Shown here: positions 57,129-64,000 of the stretch, one piece after another
Layout of the letters: each line of letters opens with the position of its first letter
Numbering within the stretch: the stretch's first letter is position 1
Assembly: GCA_026396575.1 (NCBI GenBank)
Contig: JAPLWM010000007.1
Span: 11,546-75,545 of the forward strand
Origin: Candidatus Komeilibacteria bacterium
GTDB lineage: Bacteria; Patescibacteriota; Patescibacteriia; UBA1558; UBA10009
Reading direction: 5' to 3'
DNA length: 64,000 bases
Made by a program: the position numbers and the translations under genes
The notes under the pieces: generated by a model
Database searches by the model: none
Seen by the model: only the letters and a program-made list of their open reading frames with translations
Told to the model about the DNA's origin: nothing

Positions 57129-57130
57129 TA

Positions 57131-57166
57131 AAAAAACAGCCAATTTATCATTGGTTGTTTTTTTAC
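57131..57166 (+). terminator. Intrinsic terminator downstream of the EEP gene.
   Basis: acagccaa-tttatca-ttggttgt (8-bp stem with one G-U pair) followed by T7. Confidence 0.55.
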
Positions 57167-57261
57167 CCATTCAAATCAATAAGCCGAATTTTGTCTCCCT
57201 GCACCACTCACTTCGTTCGGGTGCAGGACAAGCTAAATTTTTAGATAGGTATTAAATACTA

Positions 57262-57304
57262 AAATGAGCCTGCCCTGAACTCGAGCAAAGCGAGTAGTTC
57301 AGGG
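57262..57304 (-). terminator. Hairpin terminator downstream (on the minus strand) of RNase P RNA.
   Basis: ccctgaact / agttcaggg is a 9-bp stem at 57273-57281 and 57296-57304. On the minus strand a U-rich tract (CAUUUUAGUAUUU) follows. Confidence 0.45.
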
Positions 57305-57658
57305 GGATGATCATCTATCTAGATCCGCAAATTGCTCTGCGGATTCATGCCTTCAACCCGCCCTGTACCGTATGGTTCAGGGCCTACTTGAAGTTGCACC
57401 GGATAGAGTTTACCTCTTTTCCCTTGTCGCCAAGGGAACGGATCCGCTTATTGGCGTATCTTTTCACCTGCAATTCACGACCGGTATACCCATGCCATGA
57501 ATAAGAATACTTTCTGTTGCACTTGTCCTGTTGCCTAAATTACTTTAGGCAACGGTTGGCGTTACCAATTATCCTCCGTAAAGGTACGGAAACCTTGGTG
57601 TTCGGACTTTCCTCTCCGCCGAAGCCCTATAAGGGCGAAGGTGGAGCGATCATCTAGA
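57305..57658 (-). ncRNA. rnpB: RNase P RNA, bacterial type A.
   Basis: The minus-strand transcript contains, in the correct order, GGCGGAGAGGAAAGTCCGAACACCAAGG (P4 5' strand), GGTAACGCC, AGTGCAACAGAAAG, GGTGAAAAG...AAGCGG and GGTAAACTC, and a 3' end CAGAGCAATTTGCGGATCTAGATAGATGATCATCC whose GATCATC pairs with the 5' GATGATC to form P1. Length is about 355 nt. Confidence 0.8.
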
Positions 57659-57724
57659 TTTGAATGAGCAAAAATAGGATAACATAAAAGAAGCATAAAG
57701 TCAAGTTTTGTTTTTCTAACAAAT

Positions 57725-57754
57725 TTGCATATATTGGCCTTATTTTGGTATGAT
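57725..57754 (+). promoter_or_regulatory. Candidate promoter: TTGCAT, 18 nt spacer, TATGAT.
   Basis: TTGCAT at 57725-57730 and TATGAT at 57749-57754, 6 nt upstream of the ATG at 57761. Confidence 0.45.
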
Positions 57755-57760
57755 ATTAAC

Positions 57761-59149
57761 ATGAAAAAGCTCGAGTTAACTTTTGCCGCTTTATTGGTGC
57801 CTTTGGATTATCTGGCCTTGCTGGCTGCCGGCACCGCGGCTTATTTTTTGCGTTTCCAATCCTTTTTAACCGATCTTAGGCCGGTGGTTTTTACCATGCC
57901 GTATGCCGATTTTTTCAAGGTGATTGCCGCGGTCGCGGCCGTTTGGCTCTTGGTTTTCGCCTTAAACGGCTTGTATTCCATCAAGCGCCAGGGCTTTTGG
58001 AATTATTTTTCCAAAATTTTCGTGGCTTCCAGCGCCGCCACCTTGGTCATCGTGGTCGCTTTTTTCTTCAACTTCCAATTGTTTTCTTCCAGATTGATTA
58101 TTTTAACCGGCTGGGCTTTGGCCATAATTTTTGTAACTTTGGAAAGATTGATCATCCACTACATTAAAAAGATTTTTTATAAGAAGGGCTTAGGCGTTAG
58201 GCGGGTGGTAATTATCGGCAGCGGCAAAAGCGCGGCCGATATTATGGCCGAATTTAAAGCCAAACCGTCTTTCGGTTTTTTAGTGGTTAAAGTTTTGCCG
58301 AATTTTACGGAAATATCGGAAGAGGAATTAACCGAAGAACTTTCCAGTCGGGGGATTGACGACGTGATTTTAGCCGATCCGGAAATCACCGTGGCCGACA
58401 AGAACCGTTTGGTTAATTTTTGCCTGGCCAACCATTTAAATTATAAATATGCCGCTTCGTTGCTGGAAACCAAATTGATCAATTTTTCCTTAAGCACCAT
58501 TGCCGGCCTGCCTTTTATTGAAGTTAAGCAAACCCGTTTGGACGGCTGGGGCAGGATTATCAAGCGGGTTTTTGATTTGTTTTTGTCTTTATTGTTTATC
58601 ATTGTTTTATCGCCGATTTTAATTATCGTCGGTTTGATTGTGGTTTTAACTTCTGCCGGTCCGATGGTGGTAAAATTAGTCCGCATAGGCAACCAAGGCC
58701 AGATTTTCAATTTATATAAATTCCGTTCCATGGTAAAAAACGCCCATTTGTTAAAACCGTCTTTAAGCCAGTATAACCAGCGCGCCGACGGTCCCTTGTT
58801 TAAAATGGCCAATGATCCGCGTTTAACGCATTTTGGCAAATTTATCAGGCGCTGGAGCTTGGACGAATTACCCCAGTTGTTTAATGTTTTATCGGGCAGG
58901 ATGAGCTTGGTAGGCCCTAGGCCCCATGAGCCGGAAGAAGTAGCCCGTTTTCAAACGCGAGAAAAAAAATTATTGGCCATTAAGCCGGGCATTACCGGCA
59001 TGGCCCAAGTTTCCGGCCGCAGCGATTTATTGTGGCAAGACGAAGTAAAGTTGGATACTTATTACGTGGAAAATTGGAGTTTGGATTTGGATATCCAAAT
59101 CCTGCTTAAAACGCCCAAAGCGGTCATTGGCCGCCGACAAACCGTATGA
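57761..59149 (+). CDS. Polyprenyl-phosphate hexose-1-phosphate transferase (bacterial sugar transferase, WbaP/WcaJ/EpsB-like initiating enzyme).
   Basis: Four or more N-terminal TM helices, a central CoA-binding-like domain, and the C-terminal Bac_transf block KRVFDLFLSLL...LVRIGNQG..F..YKFRSM...LDELPQLFNVLSGRMSLVGPRP. Start taken at ATG 57761. Confidence 0.8.
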   Translation: MKKLELTFAALLVPLDYLALLAAGTAAYFLRFQSFLTDLRPVVFTMPYADFFKVIAAVAAVWLLVFALNGLYSIKRQGFWNYFSKIFVASSAATLVIVVAFFFNFQLFSSRLIILTGWALAIIFVTLERLIIHYIKKIFYKKGLGVRRVVIIGSGKSAADIMAEFKAKPSFGFLVVKVLPNFTEISEEELTEELSSRGIDDVILADPEITVADKNRLVNFCLANHLNYKYAASLLETKLINFSLSTIAGLPFIEVKQTRLDGWGRIIKRVFDLFLSLLFIIVLSPILIIVGLIVVLTSAGPMVVKLVRIGNQGQIFNLYKFRSMVKNAHLLKPSLSQYNQRADGPLFKMANDPRLTHFGKFIRRWSLDELPQLFNVLSGRMSLVGPRPHEPEEVARFQTREKKLLAIKPGITGMAQVSGRSDLLWQDEVKLDTYYVENWSLDLDIQILLKTPKAVIGRRQTV

Positions 59150-60261
59150 AAATAGCTTTAACTCACGACCATCTTTTCCAAGTCGGCGGGGCCGAAAAAG
59201 TGCTGTTGGAATTGCATCGGATTTTTCCGGACAGCCCGGTTTACACCCTGATCCATAATCCGGAAAACGCCGAGCTGTTTAAGGGCTTGGACATTAGAAC
59301 TTCCATGCTGGAAAAATTGCCCGGCGGTAAAAAGCATTTTAAATGGTACTTGAGCTTAATGCCCATTGCCTGGGAGCAGTTTGATTTTTCCGACTATGAT
59401 ATCGTTATTTCTTCCTCGTCCGCTTTTTCCAAGGGCATTTTAACCCCGCCCAATACTTTGCATTTATGCTATTGCCATTCGCCGGTCAGGTATTTATGGT
59501 CCGATGCCCATCGCTACGTGGAAGAGTTGAATCAGCCCAAAATCATTAAAAAAATTCTGCCGCTGATTTTAAATCGCCTAAGAACTTGGGATTATTCGGC
59601 CGCCCAGCGGGTGGATAAGTTTATCGCCAATTCGGAATTCGTGGCCAAGCGGATAAAAAAATATTACCAGCGCTCTTCTGCTGTAATTTATCCGCCGGTT
59701 GATACCAAACAGTTTAAAATTAGTCCGAAGCTGGATAATTATTACGTTTTGCTTACTCGTTTGCGTCCGTATAAGCGGGTGGATATCGCCATTAAGGCCT
59801 TTAATCAATTACACTTGCCTTTAAAAATTATCGGCGGCGGGGAAGAAATTGCTCGTTTGAAAAAAATCGCTAAAAGCAATATTGAGTTCTTGGGTGAAGT
59901 AAACGATATTAGGCGTAACGAAATTTTAGCCCGGGCTCTGGCTTTTATTAATCCCCAGGAAGAAGATTTCGGCATTGCGCCAATTGAGGCCATGGCCAGC
60001 GGCCGGCCGGTAATCGCTTATAAATCCGGCGGGGCTTTGGAAACGGTCATCGATGGCTTTAACGGCAGATTTTTTGAAGAGCAAAGCTGGGAGGCCTTGG
60101 CCGATGCCGTGATTAAGTTCCAGGCCGAGAAGGATAATTATGATCCGTATAAAATAAAGGACTATGCCGAAAAATTTTCCACCGAGCGCTTTGACCGGGA
60201 AATTAAGGATTTTGTGGCCAAAAGCTGGCAGGAGTTTTCCGGTAAAATTTTACATTTTTAA
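59146..60261 (+). CDS. Family 4 glycosyltransferase.
   Basis: EDFGIAPIEAMASGRPVIAYKSGGALE. Confidence 0.7.
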   Translation: MKIALTHDHLFQVGGAEKVLLELHRIFPDSPVYTLIHNPENAELFKGLDIRTSMLEKLPGGKKHFKWYLSLMPIAWEQFDFSDYDIVISSSSAFSKGILTPPNTLHLCYCHSPVRYLWSDAHRYVEELNQPKIIKKILPLILNRLRTWDYSAAQRVDKFIANSEFVAKRIKKYYQRSSAVIYPPVDTKQFKISPKLDNYYVLLTRLRPYKRVDIAIKAFNQLHLPLKIIGGGEEIARLKKIAKSNIEFLGEVNDIRRNEILARALAFINPQEEDFGIAPIEAMASGRPVIAYKSGGALETVIDGFNGRFFEEQSWEALADAVIKFQAEKDNYDPYKIKDYAEKFSTERFDREIKDFVAKSWQEFSGKILHF

Positions 60262-60392
60262 GTGAATCGGCTATACTAACTTAGCTTAATCATTAACAAA
60301 ATTACGCATATGTTAAAGATAACATTAGGGCCAGGTTGCGGCGGTTGCTAACCGTCCGCTAACCAGCATTTATTATTAAAATCAACTCTTTT

Positions 60393-60512
60393 ATGCACTG
60401 CGCCAAATGCCAAATGCCTCTGGAAGACAATAATGCCTGCTCCTGCAACGAAATTTTATGCCAATATTGCTGCGAATGCGACGAGGGTTGCAGCTGCGGT
60501 TGCAAGGGCTAA
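60393..60512 (+). CDS. Unannotated 39-codon cysteine-rich peptide (metallothionein-like).
   Basis: ATG at 60393 to TAA at 60510-60512 encodes MHCAKCQMPLEDNNACSCNEILCQYCCECDEGCSCGCKG. It has 11 Cys in 39 aa, arranged as CxxC, CSC, CC, CEC, CSC and CGC. It falls below the 60-aa cutoff of the ORF track. Confidence 0.45.
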   Translation: MHCAKCQMPLEDNNACSCNEILCQYCCECDEGCSCGCKG

Positions 60513-60529
60513 TAATAAATGATGTTGAA

Positions 60530-60648
60530 GAAAAGGTCTTGCAAACTTTTACCCCCACCCAACCTCCCCCTAATCTAGGGGGAGGAGAATATTTCCCCCT
60601 CCTAGATTAGGAGGGGTTAGGGGAGGTAAGTTGGCAAGGCTTTTTCAT
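60530..60648. terminator. Nested three-hairpin element, copy 2 of the family seen at 41835-41950.
   Basis: A4, then ggtcttgcaaactt, which pairs imperfectly with aagttggcaaggc, then T5. The outer stem encloses cctccccc-taatcta-gggggagg and cccctcc-tagatta-ggagggg. Confidence 0.55.
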
Positions 60649-60687
60649 TTTTGCCAATTGCGGCGATTTTCTTTATAATAGGCGTAT

Positions 60688-61821
60688 ATGAAAATCGGCG
60701 TTGATCTTAGGGCGGTATCCGGCAAGCAATTAACCGGGGTGGGTACTTACACCCTGGCCGTGTTGGAAGAGCTGTTAAGGCAGGATAAGCAAAACCATTA
60801 TAAGCTGTTTTGTAATTCTTTAGCGGATTTGCCTCAAGCTGTTTTGGATCGGTTTAAAAATAGCAACGCGGAAATTTATTCCTTTCATTATCCCAGTAAG
60901 CTGTTTAACGGCGCTTTAACTTTTTTTAGACGGCCTTGCCTGGATAAGCTAATCAAGGGTGCGGATCTGTTCTGGTTTCCCAATTTAAGTTTTTGGTCGG
61001 TTAGCCAGAGCTGCCGAACAATTGTTACGGTTCATGATTTGTCCTTTAAAAAAATCCCTTGGGCTTACAGCGCCAAGATGCGCCTCTGGCATCAGCTAGT
61101 TAAGCCGCGGCAAAAATTGGCGAGCGCTGCCAAAATTATCGCGGTTTCTAATAATACCAAAAGGGATTTAATGGATTTGTACAATTTGCCGAAAGAAAAA
61201 ATAGAAGCGGTTTATCCCGGTTTGCCTGAGGCCGAACAATCTTCGGCGAATTTTCAGGCGATTAAAAATAAATACAATTTGCCGGAAAAATTCATTTTGT
61301 ATCTTGGCACATTGGAACCGCGCAAAAATATCGAGGGCATAATTGCCGCTTACGAATTATTGAATCGGCCTGACGTTGATTTAGTTATTGCAGGCGGTAA
61401 GGGTTGGCTGTACCGGCAAATTTATCGGTTGGCGGCAAAATCGCCTTTAAAAAAACAAATTCATTTTATAAATTACATTCAGCCTGAAGATAGATTTAGC
61501 TTGTATCGCTTGGCTGCCGCCTTGGTTTGGCCGTCATTTTACGAGGGCTTCGGCTTGCCGCCCTTGGAAGCCATGGCCAGCGGAGTGCCAGTAATTACTT
61601 CCGCCAACAGTTCTTTGCCGGAAGTGGTGGGTCAAGCCGCTTTATTGGTCGATCCTTACAATATTGCCGAAATCAAAGAAGCAATGAATCAAGCAATTAA
61701 TAACCCCTTATTAAGGGCGGCTTTAATAAAAAAAGGACAAGAACAGGTTAAAAAATACAGCTGGCAGCAAACCGCTAAACAAATGTTAAAAATATTTGAA
61801 CAATATGAAAATCGGCATTGA
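60688..61821 (+). CDS. Family 4 glycosyltransferase.
   Basis: FYEGFGLPPLEAMASGVPVITSAN. Confidence 0.75.
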   Translation: MKIGVDLRAVSGKQLTGVGTYTLAVLEELLRQDKQNHYKLFCNSLADLPQAVLDRFKNSNAEIYSFHYPSKLFNGALTFFRRPCLDKLIKGADLFWFPNLSFWSVSQSCRTIVTVHDLSFKKIPWAYSAKMRLWHQLVKPRQKLASAAKIIAVSNNTKRDLMDLYNLPKEKIEAVYPGLPEAEQSSANFQAIKNKYNLPEKFILYLGTLEPRKNIEGIIAAYELLNRPDVDLVIAGGKGWLYRQIYRLAAKSPLKKQIHFINYIQPEDRFSLYRLAAALVWPSFYEGFGLPPLEAMASGVPVITSANSSLPEVVGQAALLVDPYNIAEIKEAMNQAINNPLLRAALIKKGQEQVKKYSWQQTAKQMLKIFEQYENRH

Positions 61822-62899
61822 CGCGCGCCTTTACGGCACCAAATACCAGGGCTTGGGGCGCTATGTTAAAAAACTGGTGGACGGCTTGGCCGAGAGCGAT
61901 CAAGAAAACAGCTACACGGTTTTTTTAACGCCGGATAATTTTGACGATTTTAAAACCGCCAATCTCAAGTTTAAAAAAGTCCTCTTGCCGGCCCGCTGGT
62001 ACAGCTTTAAAGAACAATGGTTGGCGCCTAAAATAATCAATAAAGAACGCTTGGATTTAATGCATTTTCCGCATTTTAACGCGCCTTATTTTTATGCGGG
62101 CCGCTTTATTATTACTTTGCACGATCTTATTATCAATCATTTTCCCGATTCCCGGGCTACTACCTTGCCCAAGTGGCTGTATCAGTTTAAGCTTTGGGCT
62201 TACCGAATATCGCTTAAAAGAACCGTTAATAAAGCGGAAAAAATCATCGTGCCTTCACAGTTTGTTAAAGATGATGTGGTTAAGCATTATCCGGCAGCGG
62301 CGGCCAAAGTTAAGGTTATTTATGAGGGTTATTTTTTGGATGAAGACCAACAAGCGGTAAATATCGATCGTTTTAAAATAACCAAGCCGTTTTTGCTTTA
62401 TGTGGGCAGCGCCTATCCGCATAAAAATTTAAGGAAACTGATCGCTGTTTTTAAACAGTTGAACCGCCAAAAAAATTACCAATTGGTTTTGGTCGGCCGG
62501 CATGATTATTTTTATCGGCGTTTGCAACAAGAAGCAGGAGATGATCCCGATATTATTTTTACCGGTTATCTGGCTGATAGCGAACTGGCTGCTTTATATG
62601 GGCAGGCCCGCCTTTATGTTTTTCCTTCCAGCTATGAGGGCTTTGGCTTGCCGCCTCTGGAGGCCCAGGCTCATGGTTTGCCCGTAGCTTCGGCTAATTC
62701 CAGCTGTTTGCCGGAAGTATTAGGCCAGGCGGCAATTTATTTTGATCCTAAAAATGAAACCGAAATGCTGGCAGCGATTAAAAAAGTTTTAAATGATGAA
62801 AAATTGCGCTCCCAACTTAGCTTGTTGGGCCAAAAAAATATCGCCAGGTTTAGTTGGGAAACCATGGTTAAGCAAACTCAAGCCCTCTATCTATCGTAA
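61805..62899 (+). CDS. Family 4 glycosyltransferase (paralog of the upstream gene).
   Basis: SYEGFGLPPLEAQAHGLPVASAN, and the N-terminus MKIGIDARLYG parallels MKIGVDLRAVSG of the previous gene. Start is the ATG at 61805. Confidence 0.75.
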   Translation: MKIGIDARLYGTKYQGLGRYVKKLVDGLAESDQENSYTVFLTPDNFDDFKTANLKFKKVLLPARWYSFKEQWLAPKIINKERLDLMHFPHFNAPYFYAGRFIITLHDLIINHFPDSRATTLPKWLYQFKLWAYRISLKRTVNKAEKIIVPSQFVKDDVVKHYPAAAAKVKVIYEGYFLDEDQQAVNIDRFKITKPFLLYVGSAYPHKNLRKLIAVFKQLNRQKNYQLVLVGRHDYFYRRLQQEAGDDPDIIFTGYLADSELAALYGQARLYVFPSSYEGFGLPPLEAQAHGLPVASANSSCLPEVLGQAAIYFDPKNETEMLAAIKKVLNDEKLRSQLSLLGQKNIARFSWETMVKQTQALYLS

Positions 62900-62972
62900 C
62901 CGTTTAAATTGTGTTATAATTTAAGCAATAATCTTCGGGTAACTTTCGTTGTTGATAAGTTAATTTTTTGGA

Positions 62973-64000
62973 ATGGCAGAAAGAAAACAAAAAAGGATTG
63001 CTGTAAACAAAAAACCGGCCGCCAGGCAGCTGAAAAGCCAAAAAAATAAGGATTTAAATAAAAATCACGGCCAATTTGACGTTGACCATTTTTTAATTGA
63101 TGAACAAATTTATTATTCAAGCGAAATACAAAAAGCCCTAGCAGATCAAGAGCAGGCGGCCCGGCCGGTTTTATCGGATTTGGACAAATTAATCTTGGGT
63201 CAAGTTACGCATTGGCCCAAGGTTAATAAAAAAAGCAACGGTTTGAATGTTTTAATTAACGGAGCCGGCAAAATTTCCGCTTTCAGTAAAAAAGGCCAGT
63301 CGGTTAATTCGTCTTATACCGTGGATTTGCGGGCTAAACAAACCTTTACCATTCCGGCGGAAATTAAAAAAAATAATTCGGATCTGCCTGCGCCCAGTTT
63401 AATTAGGCCGGCGCTTTTTAAAGACGGCTGGCATAAAATAAAACAATTGTTTATAACCTATCATAGCCCGCGTTTCTCGCCGATTAAAAAAACAGCTGAG
63501 CCCAAAGTTGCTTATCTGGCCCATTTAAAAACCGCTTTAAATTTCGCCTTGATCGCTTTGCTGTTTATTATCCCCATTCGGGGCATTATTATTTACCAGC
63601 AAATCAAAGAAACGAAAATCAAGGTTTTAGGCGTGACCGAAGAGGCGGTGAGCAATTTAAAGCAAGGCGTGTCGGAGGCCGGTTCCACCAACTGGCTCGC
63701 AGCCGTGGCCAGCTTTTCGGCCAGCAGCGATTATTTTAGCCAAGCGCAAAGCGACCTGTCCGCTTATAACCAATCCTTAGTGGGTTTTTTTGAAAGCTTG
63801 CCCTTAACTTCCAAGCAAATTAAGGATGGCAAGGCCTTGCTGGAATCGGGCCAGCTAATGTCGCAGGCAGCTGCCAAATTGGCTTTAATTATCAATTCGA
63901 TCAACCAAAAAACCAGCTTGGGCGAAACCGTTTCCGGTTCCTTGGCCGAAATTCAGTCCAATGTTCACGAGGTTATTGCCGATTTAACCAGCGCGCTTAA
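62973..64000 (+). CDS. Hypothetical single-pass membrane protein, 3' truncated by the window end. Absent from the supplied ORF track.
   Basis: Continuous open frame from ATG 62973 to the window edge (342 codons, no stop). Basic N-terminus MAERKQKRIAVNKKPAARQLKSQKNK, TM helix ALNFALIALLFIIPIRGIIIY, then a Ser/Ala-rich extracellular region. A TGnTATAAT-like -10 lies upstream (62911-62920). Confidence 0.5.
   Translation, partial: MAERKQKRIAVNKKPAARQLKSQKNKDLNKNHGQFDVDHFLIDEQIYYSSEIQKALADQEQAARPVLSDLDKLILGQVTHWPKVNKKSNGLNVLINGAGKISAFSKKGQSVNSSYTVDLRAKQTFTIPAEIKKNNSDLPAPSLIRPALFKDGWHKIKQLFITYHSPRFSPIKKTAEPKVAYLAHLKTALNFALIALLFIIPIRGIIIYQQIKETKIKVLGVTEEAVSNLKQGVSEAGSTNWLAAVASFSASSDYFSQAQSDLSAYNQSLVGFFESLPLTSKQIKDGKALLESGQLMSQAAAKLALIINSINQKTSLGETVSGSLAEIQSNVHEVIADLTSAL

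Noticed and set aside
56340-57300. Integrative mobile element (integrase, transposase or attachment repeats) accounting for the AT-rich EEP gene next to rnpB.
   Set aside because: No integrase or transposase ORF, and no direct repeats flanking the segment, could be seen. Only compositional evidence for foreign origin remains, so it is reported as a finding rather than a mobile_element feature.
57307-57504. 65-aa + strand ORF in the supplied track (and the 66-aa minus-strand ORF at 57562..57762).
   Set aside because: Both lie inside the RNase P RNA gene on the minus strand. The region has conserved rnpB sequence blocks and no coding signal.
62914-63120. 68-aa minus-strand ORF.
   Set aside because: It is an antisense shadow of the long + strand ORF that runs from 62973 to the window end.

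Overview
This 64 kb window is densely coding and almost unidirectional on the + strand. G+C looks mid-40s% by eye. Gene content (many GT4/GT2 glycosyltransferases, a short ProRS lacking the editing domain, a minimal archaeal-type RmlA, a short AhcY) fits a small-genome uncultivated lineage such as CPR/Patescibacteria; that is inference, not a database result.

There are three blocks:

1. Positions 1-31 kb and 55-64 kb hold a very large envelope-glycan locus:
- a WaaL-like O-antigen-ligase/TPR fusion, GtrA, three GT2 enzymes, eight or more GT4 enzymes, a DUF2304-like partner and a GT-C (ArnT/PMT-like) transferase;
- a WbaP-like initiating phosphoglycosyltransferase;
- sugar-nucleotide enzymes for UDP-GlcA/UDP-Xyl (Ugd plus two UXS), a GalE-like epimerase and a complete dTDP-rhamnose set (RmlA/B/C/D);
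- interleaved with a SAM cycle (MetK, AhcY, a PfkB kinase, a HIT protein), a class-I SAM methyltransferase and a minimal bacterial SET-domain protein.

2. Positions 31-55 kb hold housekeeping genes: murA, ctpA, rplI, pyrG, tRNA-Gln, recJ, rnhA, holB, frr, rseP, proS, and mreB-mreC-mreD-mrdA-greA plus a second mreB.

3. Non-coding and accessory features:
- RNase P RNA (type A) on the minus strand at about 57.3-57.66 kb; the ORF track mis-reads it as two small ORFs.
- Three intergenic nested-hairpin elements. Two of them (41.84-41.95 kb and 60.53-60.65 kb) clearly belong to one family: an A-tract, a GC outer stem enclosing two C5/G5 hairpins, then a T-tract.
- A decayed doc (Fic/Doc) toxin remnant at about 37.6-37.9 kb.
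- An unannotated 39-codon, 11-cysteine metallothionein-like micro-ORF at 60393-60512.
- A conspicuously AT-rich EEP-family nuclease/phosphatase gene next to rnpB that looks horizontally acquired.
- Two tandem C39-like peptidase paralogs.
- Secreted proteins built from FG-GAP and TSP3 calcium-binding repeats.

No CRISPR array, integrase, transposase or rRNA was seen.

The most system-like novelty is the glycan locus itself. It combines a UDP-xylose pathway, Gtr-like lipid-linked glycosylation modules, a ligase-TPR fusion and a SET/SAM-cycle module in a single co-directional, largely start/stop-overlapping gene array.
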